Below are positions 1 through 10,866 of a stretch of DNA of 64,000 nt, one piece after another. Location of the stretch: positions 1,888,001-1,952,000 of the forward strand of contig CBDCMT010000001.1 of NCBI GenBank assembly GCA_965219095.1, given 5' to 3'. The notes under the pieces were generated by a model that saw only the letters and a program-made list of their open reading frames with translations, did not search any database and was not told where the DNA came from. Positions within the stretch are counted from its first letter, which is position 1. Each line of letters opens with the position of its first letter. This DNA is from Bdellovibrionales bacterium (GTDB taxonomy: Bacteria > Bdellovibrionota > Bdellovibrionia > Bdellovibrionales > UBA1609). Position numbers and translations under genes: made by a program.

Positions 1-853
1 TTGTATTCTGAAAAACTATTAACAAGTGCCGTCAATGTCCTGCTATCGTGAATGTTACCCTTAAAGGTCTTGTGAAAAACAGGAATCCCTTCTTCTTGAG
101 TTACAGCAAGACCTATCTGAATCAGAGGACTCTTCCTTTTCCCATCTTTGCTGTACCCTGGGTTACCTAGTTGACATTTACTTCCATAAAAATAAGTGTT
201 AGTAACATCAGACAATTTTATTAGATGATAACTTGTATTCTTTTTTAACATTTTCAAAAATACGTTTCTGCAAAGATGGAGCCTTGGATTCGTTAAGCTG
301 ATCGAGAGCTGAAAAAAGCCTTCTTTCAGTCAGCCCATCTAAGTTTAAAATGCTGTTTAAATCTGTTCGTTCATACCATGATGGCATATTATTGACGCTT
401 CTGTAATCCAAGCAATGAGCATAGACCATACTTAGTATTTCATCTGAATAATTGCCAAGAACTTCGGGAAGACCAACTTTTTTCGCAAGGGCATGAAGAA
501 CAATCAAGGGACCACTGATCTTAACTTTATCGAATTGAATGTTCTCGGAAGATATAGAGATAACACGCTTATGATTCACTTCCTTTCCAAGATATCTCAA
601 GTACTTCTGTACGACCTTGCCCTTGACCCGGACATTTTTCACCTCTGCTAAATAAGTGCTGCCTCCTCTTTTAATCTTCTTTATAAAACTCATAGTAGTT
701 ACCATTATGGTAACTACTTAAAAATAGAATGGCAAGAGCTTTTCACAGAAAAAAAGGGCAATAACCCCCCATTTTTACTGGAAAACTTCCATGCTTATGG
801 AACTTATCTTATGTTAGAGCAATGTAGTGATCATTTTTAGCGGGGAATTTGGG
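1..853 (-). mobile_element. IS1634-family element, frameshifted transposase, runs off window start
   Basis: ORF 208..705 is homologous to 11025..12614 (DEILSMVYAHCLDYRSV). It continues in another frame (DVTNTYFYG...LIQIGLAVT...IPVFHKTF). Left end CCCAAATTCCCCG (minus) at ~853 resembles CCTAAATTCCCG at 10867. Confidence 0.85.
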
Positions 854-1169
854 TAATTTAACTTTAGTGAAATTATGACAGCTCAAGATAGGGACATCTC
901 TTTAGCTGTCATGTCGGCTGTGATGAGTGAGTTCTCTCATCATACCAACAAAAATCCTTTTTATGAAGCTTAGGGTCTGTTTTCGTATAAGAGCTAGAAA
1001 AGGGGGGAGGAGAGAAGAAAGGGCTTAAAAATTATGCTACAGGCTTGAGGTGAAGGTTTTGGACTACCTAAAAACAAAGCTTTTAAAAAGAAAAGGAGAA
1101 TTTTTGCACTGCAAAACTATGCCTTTTTACACTTTTTTATTTGCTTTGTGAGATGTAAAGTAAAAGCTC

Positions 1170-1541
1170 ATGAATAATCTTCTGCCTGTCCTTGTTTTAA
1201 TACTGATCATCTTTACTTTCGGTTTAGCTATTGTGGTTTTGACAGGTCTTTTAGGTCCTAAATTAAAGTCCTCAAAGACAAAGAAAGAGCCCTATGAATG
1301 TGGTTTTGAAAGCGAAGTGCCTCAGAGTCCTCATTTATCGGTCAGTTATTATCTAACGGCCATTCTCTTCATTCTTTTTGATATTGAAATTATCTTTATG
1401 TATCCTTGGGCGATTTATTTAAAAAACTCTCTTACACAAGGTTATGGAGTACAGGCCTTTTGGGCGATGCTTGTTTTTTTGTTTTTATTTATTTTTGGCC
1501 TGTTCTGGGAGGTTTTCTCAAAAGCATTAAAATGGGATTAA
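1170..1541 (+). CDS. nuoA: NADH-quinone oxidoreductase subunit A
   Basis: EPYECGF and ILFILFDIEIIFMYPWA motifs; C-terminal ALKWD. Confidence 0.96.
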   Translation: MNNLLPVLVLILIIFTFGLAIVVLTGLLGPKLKSSKTKKEPYECGFESEVPQSPHLSVSYYLTAILFILFDIEIIFMYPWAIYLKNSLTQGYGVQAFWAMLVFLFLFIFGLFWEVFSKALKWD

Positions 1542-1544
1542 AAT

Positions 1545-2693
1545 ATGGGTTCTGATATCTTTGAGTTGAGCATCAATTTTATAAAAATGGCTGTTATTTT
1601 TTTGTTTATGGTTCAAATGGTTCCTTTGCTTGTTTGGGTTGAAAGGCGAGGTTCAGCTTTCATACAAAACCGTTTAGGCCCTAACCGTGTAGGGCCTTTA
1701 GGTTTACTTCAACTTTTAGCCGATGCTGTAAAATTTATTTTTAAAGAGGAGTTCATTCCTGAAAAAGGAAAAAAGTTTTTGTTTTACTTAGCTCCCATAC
1801 TAGCTCTTATTCCTGCAGGCCTAGCTTTCAATGCGATCCCCCTTTCACAATCCATGCATATTGAATCCTTTCATTGGTTAGGAAGAAAGTGGGGGCCTTA
1901 TGATTTTCTCTTCCAAGGCTACCATTTTGATTTAGGTGTTGTTTTTGTATTGGCTGTGAGTTCTTTAGCTGTTTACTCTTTACTGCTAGCAGGATGGAGT
2001 TCAGGAAATAAATACTCTCTTTTAGGGGCTTTAAGAGCCTCTGCTCAAACCATCAGTTATGAATTAGGTTTGAGCTTATCTCTTGTAGGGATTCTTTTAA
2101 TTTATGGGACCTTTAACTTCACAGAAATGATAAACCTTCAAAAAGGCCCCCTTTCTTTCCAGCTTCTGGGGGAAGCTTACACTTTGAATTTTCTGCCTAA
2201 TTGGGGAATCTTCTATCAGCCTTTAGGGGCTTTGTTATTTTTTATTTCTATGTTTGCTGAAACAAATCGACTTCCCTTTGACCTTCCTGAAGCTGAATCA
2301 GAACTGGTAGCAGGTTATCATACTGAGTATGGAGGTATGAAAATGTTGATGTTTTATATGGGAGAGTACGGTCATATGCTTGTGGCTTCCGCCCTTATGA
2401 GTTTGTTTTATTTCGGAGGCTACCAAATTCCTTTCGTAGAAGAAGATCATATAAGAGCCTTCTTAGCTAGCTTTTCTCTTTCTACCAATGGAATCACTCT
2501 TATGACGTCTTTTCTTTATTTTCTTGTCTTCTTTTTAAAAATTTTAGTTTTCTTATGGATCTTCATTTGGGTCAGGTGGACTATCCCTCGTTTTCGTTAT
2601 GATCAATTGATGGATCTTGGCTGGAAGGGTATACTGCCTTGGGCTTTGTTTAATACATTGTTAACAGCTTGCATTTTAGTGCTGATGAGGTAA
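1545..2693 (+). CDS. nuoH: NADH-quinone oxidoreductase subunit H
   Basis: RLGPNRVGPLGLLQLLADAVK, ETNRLPFDLPEAESELVAGYHTEY, PRFRYDQLM. Confidence 0.97.
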   Translation: MGSDIFELSINFIKMAVIFLFMVQMVPLLVWVERRGSAFIQNRLGPNRVGPLGLLQLLADAVKFIFKEEFIPEKGKKFLFYLAPILALIPAGLAFNAIPLSQSMHIESFHWLGRKWGPYDFLFQGYHFDLGVVFVLAVSSLAVYSLLLAGWSSGNKYSLLGALRASAQTISYELGLSLSLVGILLIYGTFNFTEMINLQKGPLSFQLLGEAYTLNFLPNWGIFYQPLGALLFFISMFAETNRLPFDLPEAESELVAGYHTEYGGMKMLMFYMGEYGHMLVASALMSLFYFGGYQIPFVEEDHIRAFLASFSLSTNGITLMTSFLYFLVFFLKILVFLWIFIWVRWTIPRFRYDQLMDLGWKGILPWALFNTLLTACILVLMR

Positions 2694-2701
2694 AAGCAAA
2701 A

Positions 2702-3232
2702 ATGGAATTTCAAACATATCTTTTTTTATTTCTTTCTTCCGTGTCTGTCCTAACAGCTCTTGGCGTTTTGTTTCACTCAAACCCTCTTTTTTCCAGCCTC
2801 TTTTTAGCCCTCTGTATGACAAGCTTGTCAGGGCTTTTCTTTCTTCTTAAAGCTTATTTTTTAGCAGGAGTCCAGCTTATTGTTTACGCAGGAGCTGTTA
2901 TGACATTGTTCATCATGGTTATCATGCTTTTTAACTTTTCAGAAAGAACTCATAGAAGAAGATTTTATTTGAAAAAAAGATTCTTTTTAACACTTTTCGT
3001 GCTAGGTTGGTTTTGTGCTCTCATATCCCTTGCAAGTCTTATGTCTGTGGACCTTGTGTCAAAAAACAAGTTCTCTAATAACTTAAACCTTTTGCAGTTA
3101 GCAGAAGCTTTGTTTTCAAAGTATATTCTAGCCTTTGAACTCCTAGGAGTTTTACTTCTTGTGGTGGCTGTTGCTGCTGTAGCTATAACAAAAGAACCTA
3201 GAAAAGAGGTGAAAGATGCTTCTGAATTTTAA
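2702..3232 (+). CDS. nuoJ: NADH-quinone oxidoreductase subunit J
   Basis: QLIVYAGAVMTLFIMVIML and AFELLGVLLL; start set to ATG 2702 after the nuoH stop. Confidence 0.93.
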   Translation: MEFQTYLFLFLSSVSVLTALGVLFHSNPLFSSLFLALCMTSLSGLFFLLKAYFLAGVQLIVYAGAVMTLFIMVIMLFNFSERTHRRRFYLKKRFFLTLFVLGWFCALISLASLMSVDLVSKNKFSNNLNLLQLAEALFSKYILAFELLGVLLLVVAVAAVAITKEPRKEVKDASEF

Positions 3233-3536
3233 CACTGTAAACTTAGAGCATTACCTTATCTTGTCTGCTGTTTTATTTTCTATTGGACTTTTAATAATTT
3301 TAACAAGAAAAAATCTCCTTATCATTCTTATGGGAATTGAGATTTTACTCAATGCCGTCAACTTAAGTTTCGTAGCTTTTTCCTATTATAGGCAAGATAT
3401 CGATGGGCAAGTTCTTGTTTTCTTTATGATGACTATTGCTGCTGCAGAAGCTGGAATCGCATTGGCTTTAGCCGTATCAGTCTTCAAACACTTTAAGAAA
3501 ATTGATATTTCCATTTTAGAAAGGTTAAGAGGTTAA
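3216..3536 (+). CDS. nuoK: NADH-quinone oxidoreductase subunit K
   Basis: MGIEILLNAVN and IAAAEAGIALAL. Confidence 0.95.
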   Translation: MLLNFNTVNLEHYLILSAVLFSIGLLIILTRKNLLIILMGIEILLNAVNLSFVAFSYYRQDIDGQVLVFFMMTIAAAEAGIALALAVSVFKHFKKIDISILERLRG

Positions 3537-5431
3537 TGAATTTAGATAAGATTTTAATTTTAACGCTTCTTTTTTCTCCTCTCTTAGGGTTTCTCATTAA
3601 TGGATTTAACTTTAGAGGAAAGTCTGTTAAAATTTCAGGACTGATAGCTTCCTTATCAGTTTTTGTCAGCTTTACCTCCACAGTTCTTTTTTTCTTTTTA
3701 ACTCCTGTAAAATCTTCTTTTCAAGTCCTTCTTTTTGAATGGATCTCTGTGGGAAGCTTCACCTCAAGTTTGAGTTTTCTTATAGATCCCTTGAGTTTAG
3801 CTATGGCTTTTGTAATTACAGGAGTTGGAACACTTATTCATATTTTTAGCATAGGTTATATGTCAGAAGATCAAAGACCTAGCAAATATTTTGCTTATTT
3901 GAATTTCTTTATCTTCAATATGCTTCTTCTTGTTTTAGCAGATAACCTGCTTCTTATGTTTGTCGGTTGGGAAGGAGTAGGACTTTGCTCTTACCTTCTT
4001 ATTGGTTTTTGGTTTACTGATCGGCATAAAGCTCAAGCCGGTCTGAAAGCTTTCATTACAAACCGCATAGGAGATGCAGGCTTTCTTTTAGGAATTTTTA
4101 TTCTCTTTGCTCATTTTCACACCATTGATTTTTTAGATTTAGCTGGAAATTTACCTGATCGTTCAGAGGGCTTCTTCAATCCCATCACTTTGTCAGCTTT
4201 GTGTCTTTTTATCGGTGCTATGGGAAAATCAGCACAAATTCCCCTTTATGTTTGGTTGCCTGATGCTATGGCAGGACCAACCCCTGTTTCAGCTCTCATT
4301 CATGCAGCCACCATGGTGACAGCAGGGGTTTATATGATCATAAGACTTAGTGTTCTTTTTACAGCAGCACCTTTAGTGATGAATCTCATAGCCTTTATAG
4401 GTATCTTAACAGCTCTCCTGGGAGCGACTCTGGGACTTACTCAATGGGATATTAAAAAAGTCTTAGCCTATTCTACCATTTCTCAGTTAGGCTATATGTT
4501 TTTGGCACTAGGTGTAGGAGCCTTTAGCTCAGCTTTTTTTCATCTTATAACTCATGCTTTTTTTAAGGCTCTTATGTTCTTAGGTGCAGGAAGTGTAATT
4601 CACTCTCTTCAAGGAGAGCAAGACTTAAGAAAAATGGGAAGTTTAAAAAAATTTATGCCTTTAACATCTATAACCTTCACAATAGGATGGCTTGCTATTA
4701 TAGGAATTCCTCCTTTTTCAGGATTTTTTAGTAAAGATGAAATTCTATGGAAGACTTTCTCTCAAGGTCATTACGTTTTATGGGGCTTAGGGCTTATAGC
4801 AAGTGCTTTTACTTCCTTTTATATGACACGCCTTATGACTTTAGCCTTTTGGAAGCCTGTAAGATCAAACTATAAGAAAACCCCTCGCAAATCACCTCTT
4901 TCTATGACCATTCCTCTCATTTTATTAGCTCTTCTATCCTTTATAGGAGGCTTTATAGGTTTACCTCACATCTTTCCCTCACATCCTCCCCATATTCTTT
5001 CACTGTGGCTAGGAATGAAGGAGCCTCAGCTTCTTATCACTTCCGCTCAATGGGAGATGGCTCTTATGGTTTTATCAGTTCTCTTAAGTTTAAGCTTTTC
5101 TTACTTAGCTTATGTTTTCTACAGAAAACGACCTGAAGTACCTGCATCTTTCACAAAAAAAATTCATCCTCTTTACAATTTTGTTTATCATAAATACAAA
5201 GTTGATGAAGCTTATAAAATGTTTCTTTTAGATCCTGTATGGCGTATAAGTGATTCTCTTTGGCGTATGGTGGATATGAGTTTTATAGATAAGATTCCTT
5301 ACTGCATAAGTAAGTTTTCTTTATGGTGGAGTAAAAGTATTCGTGATTTACAAACAGGAAAAATAGAAAGATATGCTGTTTATATGATTTTTTCTCTTGT
5401 GATAGTTATAAGTTTGGCTTTAATACGTTAA
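3536..5431 (+). CDS. nuoL: NADH-quinone oxidoreductase subunit L
   Basis: GWEGVGLCSYLLIGFW, GKSAQIPLYVWLPDAMAGPTPVSALIHAATMV. Confidence 0.97.
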   Translation: MNLDKILILTLLFSPLLGFLINGFNFRGKSVKISGLIASLSVFVSFTSTVLFFFLTPVKSSFQVLLFEWISVGSFTSSLSFLIDPLSLAMAFVITGVGTLIHIFSIGYMSEDQRPSKYFAYLNFFIFNMLLLVLADNLLLMFVGWEGVGLCSYLLIGFWFTDRHKAQAGLKAFITNRIGDAGFLLGIFILFAHFHTIDFLDLAGNLPDRSEGFFNPITLSALCLFIGAMGKSAQIPLYVWLPDAMAGPTPVSALIHAATMVTAGVYMIIRLSVLFTAAPLVMNLIAFIGILTALLGATLGLTQWDIKKVLAYSTISQLGYMFLALGVGAFSSAFFHLITHAFFKALMFLGAGSVIHSLQGEQDLRKMGSLKKFMPLTSITFTIGWLAIIGIPPFSGFFSKDEILWKTFSQGHYVLWGLGLIASAFTSFYMTRLMTLAFWKPVRSNYKKTPRKSPLSMTIPLILLALLSFIGGFIGLPHIFPSHPPHILSLWLGMKEPQLLITSAQWEMALMVLSVLLSLSFSYLAYVFYRKRPEVPASFTKKIHPLYNFVYHKYKVDEAYKMFLLDPVWRISDSLWRMVDMSFIDKIPYCISKFSLWWSKSIRDLQTGKIERYAVYMIFSLVIVISLALIR

Positions 5432-5446
5432 AAGAGAGGGCTTTAA

Positions 5447-7009
5447 GTGTTAGATGTTATTTTATTTTCACCTCTTATGATAGCTTTTGTAATATGGTTC
5501 GGAAATTTTTCTGAAAAAAGTCTTGAAAAAATAGCCCTTAGCTTAGCTGTCATTCACTTGGCTTTAACTTCAAGTCTGTTTTTTCTCTTTGACAAATCTT
5601 CAAGCCAATTACAGCTTGTCACACAATTTCCATGGATCGAAAGTTTTGGCATCAACTATTTTATAGGAATTGACGGGCTTTCTTTTTGGCTTGTGTTTCT
5701 TACATCATTTCTGACCATTTTAGTTGCAATGATAGCTCCCTTAAATGTGCATAAAAATAAGAAAGGCCTTCTTACAGCTCTATTTGTTTTAGAAACAAGT
5801 CTTCTAGGTTGCTTTCTTTCTATAGATAGTATTTTGTTTTATGTATTCTTTGAGGCTTCACTCATTCCTATGTATTTTATTATAGGTATATGGGGGGGAT
5901 CTAACCGCCTTTATGCAACTGTTAAATTTTTCCTCTTTACTATGTTGGGATCTGTTTTTATGTTGATAGGTCTTATTTCTTTGATCCTTTTAACTAAAGA
6001 GCAGTTTGGAACCTATAGTGCAAGCCTCTTAGATTTTTACAAACTTAAACTTCCTTTTATATCAGGAACTGTTTTGAGTACACAGTCTTTGATTTTTCTC
6101 AGCTTTTCTCTTTCTTTTGCTATTAAGGTTCCTCTTTTTCCTTTCCACACTTGGCTTCCTGATGCTCATGTGGAAGCTCCTACAGTAGGGTCTGTACTTC
6201 TTGCAGGAGTGATGTTAAAAGTAGGGGCTTACGGTTTCTTACGTTTTGTGCTTCCTCTTTTTACTGATTCTGTAGAAGCTTTTTCGCAAACTTTTCTTCT
6301 TTTGTCAGTCATAGGTATTATTTATGGAGCTTTAGTCGCTATGGTGCAAAAAGATATGAAAAAACTTGTAGCTTATTCATCAGTCTCTCATATGGGCTAT
6401 GTTATGTTGGGGCTTTTTTCTTTCACTCACATGTCTCTTACAGGATCTCTTTATCAAATGCTAAACCATGGAATCAGTACAGCCGCTCTTTTCTTCTTAG
6501 TAGGCATGATCTATGAAAAAACCCATGACAAAAAGATTCTTAACTACGAAGGTTTAGCTTTAAGAGCTCCCATTTTTACTATTTATTTTCTCATCATCAC
6601 TTTTTCTGCTATCGCTGTTCCTATGACAAATGGCTTTGTAGGGGAATTTCTTATTCTTGCAGGAAGTTTTAAAAGCTTTCCCATCTTTACAGCTTTTGCT
6701 GTTTTAGGAGTTATATTGAGTGCCTGTTATATGCTTATTATGTGTAAAAGAATGTTCTTTGGGTTGGAAAGTCCTTTTTTAAAAACCATAAAAGAAAACT
6801 TAGATATAGGTTTAAGAGAAAAAATGGTTCTTCTTCCTCTTGTTGTACTTGTGTTTTGGATGGGGATCTATCCTAAACATTTTCTTATGTGGTCTGAAGA
6901 AAGCCTTGAAAAATTAAGTCTCAGTAGAAAAAAGCAGTATAGATTGAGTGTTTTAAAAAGTAACAAAAGTTTAAAAAAATATAAATATTATATAGGATCT
7001 CAAAAATGA
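5447..7009 (+). CDS. nuoM: NADH-quinone oxidoreductase subunit M
   Basis: IKVPLFPFHTWLPDAHVEAPT, KKLVAYSSVSHMG. Confidence 0.96.
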   Translation: MLDVILFSPLMIAFVIWFGNFSEKSLEKIALSLAVIHLALTSSLFFLFDKSSSQLQLVTQFPWIESFGINYFIGIDGLSFWLVFLTSFLTILVAMIAPLNVHKNKKGLLTALFVLETSLLGCFLSIDSILFYVFFEASLIPMYFIIGIWGGSNRLYATVKFFLFTMLGSVFMLIGLISLILLTKEQFGTYSASLLDFYKLKLPFISGTVLSTQSLIFLSFSLSFAIKVPLFPFHTWLPDAHVEAPTVGSVLLAGVMLKVGAYGFLRFVLPLFTDSVEAFSQTFLLLSVIGIIYGALVAMVQKDMKKLVAYSSVSHMGYVMLGLFSFTHMSLTGSLYQMLNHGISTAALFFLVGMIYEKTHDKKILNYEGLALRAPIFTIYFLIITFSAIAVPMTNGFVGEFLILAGSFKSFPIFTAFAVLGVILSACYMLIMCKRMFFGLESPFLKTIKENLDIGLREKMVLLPLVVLVFWMGIYPKHFLMWSEESLEKLSLSRKKQYRLSVLKSNKSLKKYKYYIGSQK

Positions 7010-8469
7010 AGTTTTCTATTGGATTTACTGATATCCTTCTTATTTCTCCCCTTATACTGATCTTTCTTTTTAGCTTAATTCCTATAACTAAAAAAGCTCT
7101 TTCTCAAAATCAAGAGCCCTCTCATTTTTATTCTATAACTTTACCCTCCTTAGGAATCATCTCATCCCTTTTAATAGGCTTTCTTTTTGTCACCTATAGA
7201 CTGATCCCTGAGGAGGGAGTTTTTATTTTTTCCAAAGCTCTGCTCATCAATGGTCAATCTTTGTTTTCATTTTTTACAATTAGCACTTTAACTCTTTGTA
7301 CTTTATTATTAGCGGGTGAAAATTCTCTTTTAAGACAGCGATTCTCTGAATGGGTTTTTCTGCTTCTTAACTCTTGCTTAGGAATGATCATTTTTACATG
7401 GAGTGCGGAGCTTTTAGTTAGTTTTATAGGACTTGAGCTTTTTTCCTTTTCTCTTTATGTTATGATTGTACTTAATTCAGAAAAAACTCTTTCTAAAGAA
7501 GCTGCTATAAAGTACTTTATTTTAGGTTCTTTAGCTTCAGCTTTTTTTGTTTACGGAATTTCTTTTCTCTATGGTACAGCAGGTTCCTCCTACCTTCATG
7601 AAATTGCTCAAAATGCTGCTACATTTTCTGAAATCAGTCGTATTTTTCTTATAGGCGTTTGTCTGGTCTTCATGGGACTTCTTTTTAAAGTAGCAGCCTT
7701 TCCCTTTCATTGGTGGGTACCTGATGTTTATCATGGTTCCAGTTCTCCTTTAACAGGATTTATGGCAACAAGTGTAAAAATAGCAAGTTTTGTTTTCTTT
7801 TTGAAATTTATTTCTCTAGGTTTTTTAAGTTCAAACCCTACTTTCGAAATCCTTTTTATGTGGCTTATTGTTCTCACTATGCTTGTAGGAAATGGAGCTG
7901 CTCTTTTGCAAAACAACATGAAAAGAATGCTGGCTTATTCAAGTATTGCTCACTCCGGCTATCTCTTAATGGGTGTTCTTTCCTATGGAAAAGGTATTGA
8001 TACAGCTTCCTCGTCTGTTCTTTTTTATCTTCTAGGCTATATGTTCGCAGTCCTAGGTCTTTTCAGTGTTCTTAATCTTTTAGAAAGTAAAGATCGATTG
8101 CACATTGACTTTGATGACTTGAAAGGTCTTTCCCATTCTCACCCTTATTTAGCTTTCAGTATCACCATTTTCACTCTCAGTCTTATAGGCCTTCCTCTTA
8201 CTTCAGGGTTTTTTGGAAAATTCTTTCTCTTAGACTCTGTGTTAAAAGGAAAACTCTACTGGCTTTCTTTTTGGGCTGTTTTAAATTCTGTTTTAAGTGC
8301 TTATTACTACCTCAAACCTTCTATTCTCATGTATATGAAAGAAGAAGAAACCCCCTATCCTATAAGAAAATCTCCTCATACACAAAGCCTTATCCTCGTC
8401 TCTTTAGTCATGGTTATGACCTTAGGATTTTTTGCAGAGCCTTTTTATAGATTGATCCGATATCTTTAA
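7006..8469 (+). CDS. nuoN: NADH-quinone oxidoreductase subunit N
   Basis: EAAIKYFILG, FKVAAFPFHWWVPDVYHG, KRMLAYSSIAHSGY; ATGA overlap with nuoM. Confidence 0.96.
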   Translation: MKFSIGFTDILLISPLILIFLFSLIPITKKALSQNQEPSHFYSITLPSLGIISSLLIGFLFVTYRLIPEEGVFIFSKALLINGQSLFSFFTISTLTLCTLLLAGENSLLRQRFSEWVFLLLNSCLGMIIFTWSAELLVSFIGLELFSFSLYVMIVLNSEKTLSKEAAIKYFILGSLASAFFVYGISFLYGTAGSSYLHEIAQNAATFSEISRIFLIGVCLVFMGLLFKVAAFPFHWWVPDVYHGSSSPLTGFMATSVKIASFVFFLKFISLGFLSSNPTFEILFMWLIVLTMLVGNGAALLQNNMKRMLAYSSIAHSGYLLMGVLSYGKGIDTASSSVLFYLLGYMFAVLGLFSVLNLLESKDRLHIDFDDLKGLSHSHPYLAFSITIFTLSLIGLPLTSGFFGKFFLLDSVLKGKLYWLSFWAVLNSVLSAYYYLKPSILMYMKEEETPYPIRKSPHTQSLILVSLVMVMTLGFFAEPFYRLIRYL

Positions 8470-8642
8470 ACTTCCATTCCAACAAACTCTTTTTAGAATG
8501 AGAATATAGATTCTTGATTTCTAAGATTTGAGCCATAAATGCATGAGCTCTTTCTTTAGGAATTACTGCTAAACTTAGTGCTGAACTTAAGGCTCTCCCA
8601 CTACCTCTTCGTAACAACTCCTTTTTAATACCTAACTGCAAT

Positions 8643-9854
8643 TCATGGAAAATGTCTTAAGAATTGGTTAGCCGTACAAACAAAGATATCTTTTCCATTT
8701 TGACTTCTTTTTTCTAGATAATTTTTTCTATTAAGAAGTTGATAAAATATTTTTACTTTTGGAAATAGCTTAAAGAAATGAGAGGAAACATGAGGTCTAT
8801 TGAGCTTGCATTCTACAGGAAGCCAAGGAGAACCTTCTTTTGTAATGAGAAAATCTATTTCTTTTTTTTCTTTCGTTTTTACATAATACAAATTAAATTT
8901 CCCCTCACCTATATCAGACCAGTAGTGACAAGCCTTTAACAAATGAGATGCTACCATATTTTCAAATCGAGCGGCTCTATCTTTCACTTCAGACCAATCC
9001 CATAAATAAAGTTTACTTTCTTTTTTGATCGATCGTGAAATGTTCTTTGACCATGGTTTTACCTCAAAATGATAGTAAAGTTCTTTGAGATCATTAAGCC
9101 ACCTTTTGACTGATTTGTAGTCAGACTCAAGATCCTCTCTTAAAGACGTAATACTTAGGGGACTGGAAACTCTTTCTGGAAGAAGAGAAATAAGCATTTC
9201 AATTTTACTGAGGTCTAAAATTCTAGTGAGATCTCTTATGTCCTCCCTCACAATTTTTTCAATACGTCCTTTTTGCCATATGTTAAGAATTTTTTTAGAA
9301 GATGATAAAAAAGGTTCAGGAAAGCCTCCGTAACTTTCAAGATCATTCCAAACCTCATGAAGTCTTTTAGATGAAGAAAGAGTCAGATCTTTGCTTATAA
9401 GTTCATTTACTTCTTCCGGTGTTTTAGGTTTAGCCAAAAGTAGCTCTCCTATAGAAAAAGGGTGGAGACGAAAACTCACATACCTTCCCATAAGCGAGTC
9501 TGAGCCTTTTTTATAAACATCAAGTCTTGCACTTCCTGTTACAATAATATTAATGTTCTTTTCTAAAGTGTCATAAAAGCCTTTTAGGTTTCTTTTCCAT
9601 TTATGAGCTTTATGAATTTCATCAAAAATAAGAGTGTCATGATCTTGGAGGTTTTTTGTTATTTCACTAAGCGACTTGGTCCATATTCTTCTAAAATCTA
9701 AATGATCCCAGTTGCAATACATTCCTTTATTTTTTTTAAAAAACATTTTAGCCAATGTTGTTTTGCCCACCTGTCTTGGACCCGATAAAAAGGCCATCTT
9801 TTTACGGGACAAAGCAAGACTTTGAATTTCAGGGAGAAAATGTCTTTTGATCAT
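8643..9854 (-). CDS. AAA_14 ATPase with DUF4143-type C-terminal domain
   Basis: GPRQVGKTT, FDEIHK, TGSA, GGFPEP, C-terminal EIDF...PVECK. Confidence 0.85.
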   Translation of the reverse strand: MIKRHFLPEIQSLALSRKKMAFLSGPRQVGKTTLAKMFFKKNKGMYCNWDHLDFRRIWTKSLSEITKNLQDHDTLIFDEIHKAHKWKRNLKGFYDTLEKNINIIVTGSARLDVYKKGSDSLMGRYVSFRLHPFSIGELLLAKPKTPEEVNELISKDLTLSSSKRLHEVWNDLESYGGFPEPFLSSSKKILNIWQKGRIEKIVREDIRDLTRILDLSKIEMLISLLPERVSSPLSITSLREDLESDYKSVKRWLNDLKELYYHFEVKPWSKNISRSIKKESKLYLWDWSEVKDRAARFENMVASHLLKACHYWSDIGEGKFNLYYVKTKEKKEIDFLITKEGSPWLPVECKLNRPHVSSHFFKLFPKVKIFYQLLNRKNYLEKRSQNGKDIFVCTANQFLRHFP

Positions 9855-10149
9855 AATGACTATATTAGGCTATAATTCCAAAATAGTCAAGATTCTTTGA
9901 ATCAATGCATCAGACAAAACTCCTTTCCTCTTCCCTCTTCTAAGAGGTTACCTGAATTTGATACAAATTTTACTCACTAGGATTTCTAAGGAATGTGCGA
10001 CGCTGAAAAAGTGAAGTCTAGCTTTGAACCTCTTAGGGAAACCTCTCAGCATAATTGTTACATGAGCTTAGAAGACTCTTGATTTAAAGCCTGGACTGCG
10101 TTGAAAAAGTGGAGTCAAAATTAAGAAGACTTTAGAAAAGTTATCAAAA

Positions 10150-10491
10150 ATGCTTCCAATACAACCTGAATTCTTAAACCGTGTTGATGAAATTGTTGTC
10201 TTTGATTCTTTAGGAAAAGAATCCATTGAAACCATTGTAAGGCTTCAATTTGAAGATATAAAAAGAAGAGTTCTAGAGAAAAATATTGACTTAGAATTTG
10301 ATAAAAAGGTTGTAGAGTTTATTGATAAAAGAGGTTATGATCCTGTTTACGGTGCAAGGCCTTTAAAGAGAGTTTTACAATTAGAAATTTTAAACCCTTT
10401 AAGTCAGAAGATCATTTCAGAGGATATAAAAAAACTTAAAAAAGTAAAAGTTTCTGCCAATGATATGCATGTTGTTTTAAGTGACTATTGA
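10150..10491 (+). pseudogene. clpB: ClpB/ClpC C-terminal (D2-small) fragment
   Basis: PEFLNRVDEIVVF...GYDPVYGARPLKR; upstream replaced by IS-end debris (IS3-like end at ~10092). Confidence 0.8.
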
Positions 10492-10559
10492 TATACTCAT
10501 ATGGATGACCAGTAAGTCAAGCAAGAAAAGTGAGTCTGTAAATTAAATTGTGTAACGAA

Positions 10560-10794
10560 GATAATACCTATAGTGAAAGTTTTTTTATTTTCTCAACTGA
10601 AACGAGAACTGGGATTTAAGAAGTAGACCTCTTTCAAGCAAGTTGAAATAGAAATTTTTGAGTGGATTGAAGCTTATTACAATACTCAACACCTTCATTC
10701 TATTTAGAAAAACCCCTTTAGAATTTGAAAAAAATCAGGAAATAAGGATGAGATCTCTTAAAAAAAGTTCACTATTTCGACTCATACCACCACA
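10560..10794 (+). pseudogene. IS3-family transposase C-terminal remnant
   Basis: Broken frames read DNTYSESFF...LKREL...IFEWIEAYYNTQHLHS...TPLEFE; ends in ...CA. Confidence 0.7.
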
Positions 10795-10866
10795 AAGTTC
10801 AGAGGGTTTTTTAAATTTATTGAACAGGCCCGCCACAAGTATTAGGATTCCAAGTAGCACTAGTTA

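Noticed and set aside
874..945. Two small hairpins suggesting an ncRNA
   Set aside because: Short stems; equally explained as the C-terminal remnant of a gene cut by IS1634
3493..7919. Short antisense ORFs within nuo genes (and similar shadows within IS, Fic, rimO and obg)
   Set aside because: They overlap well-supported genes and have no motifs
8414..8641. 75-aa ORF downstream of the AAA ATPase
   Set aside because: No recognisable motif and overlaps the nuoN end; unsupported
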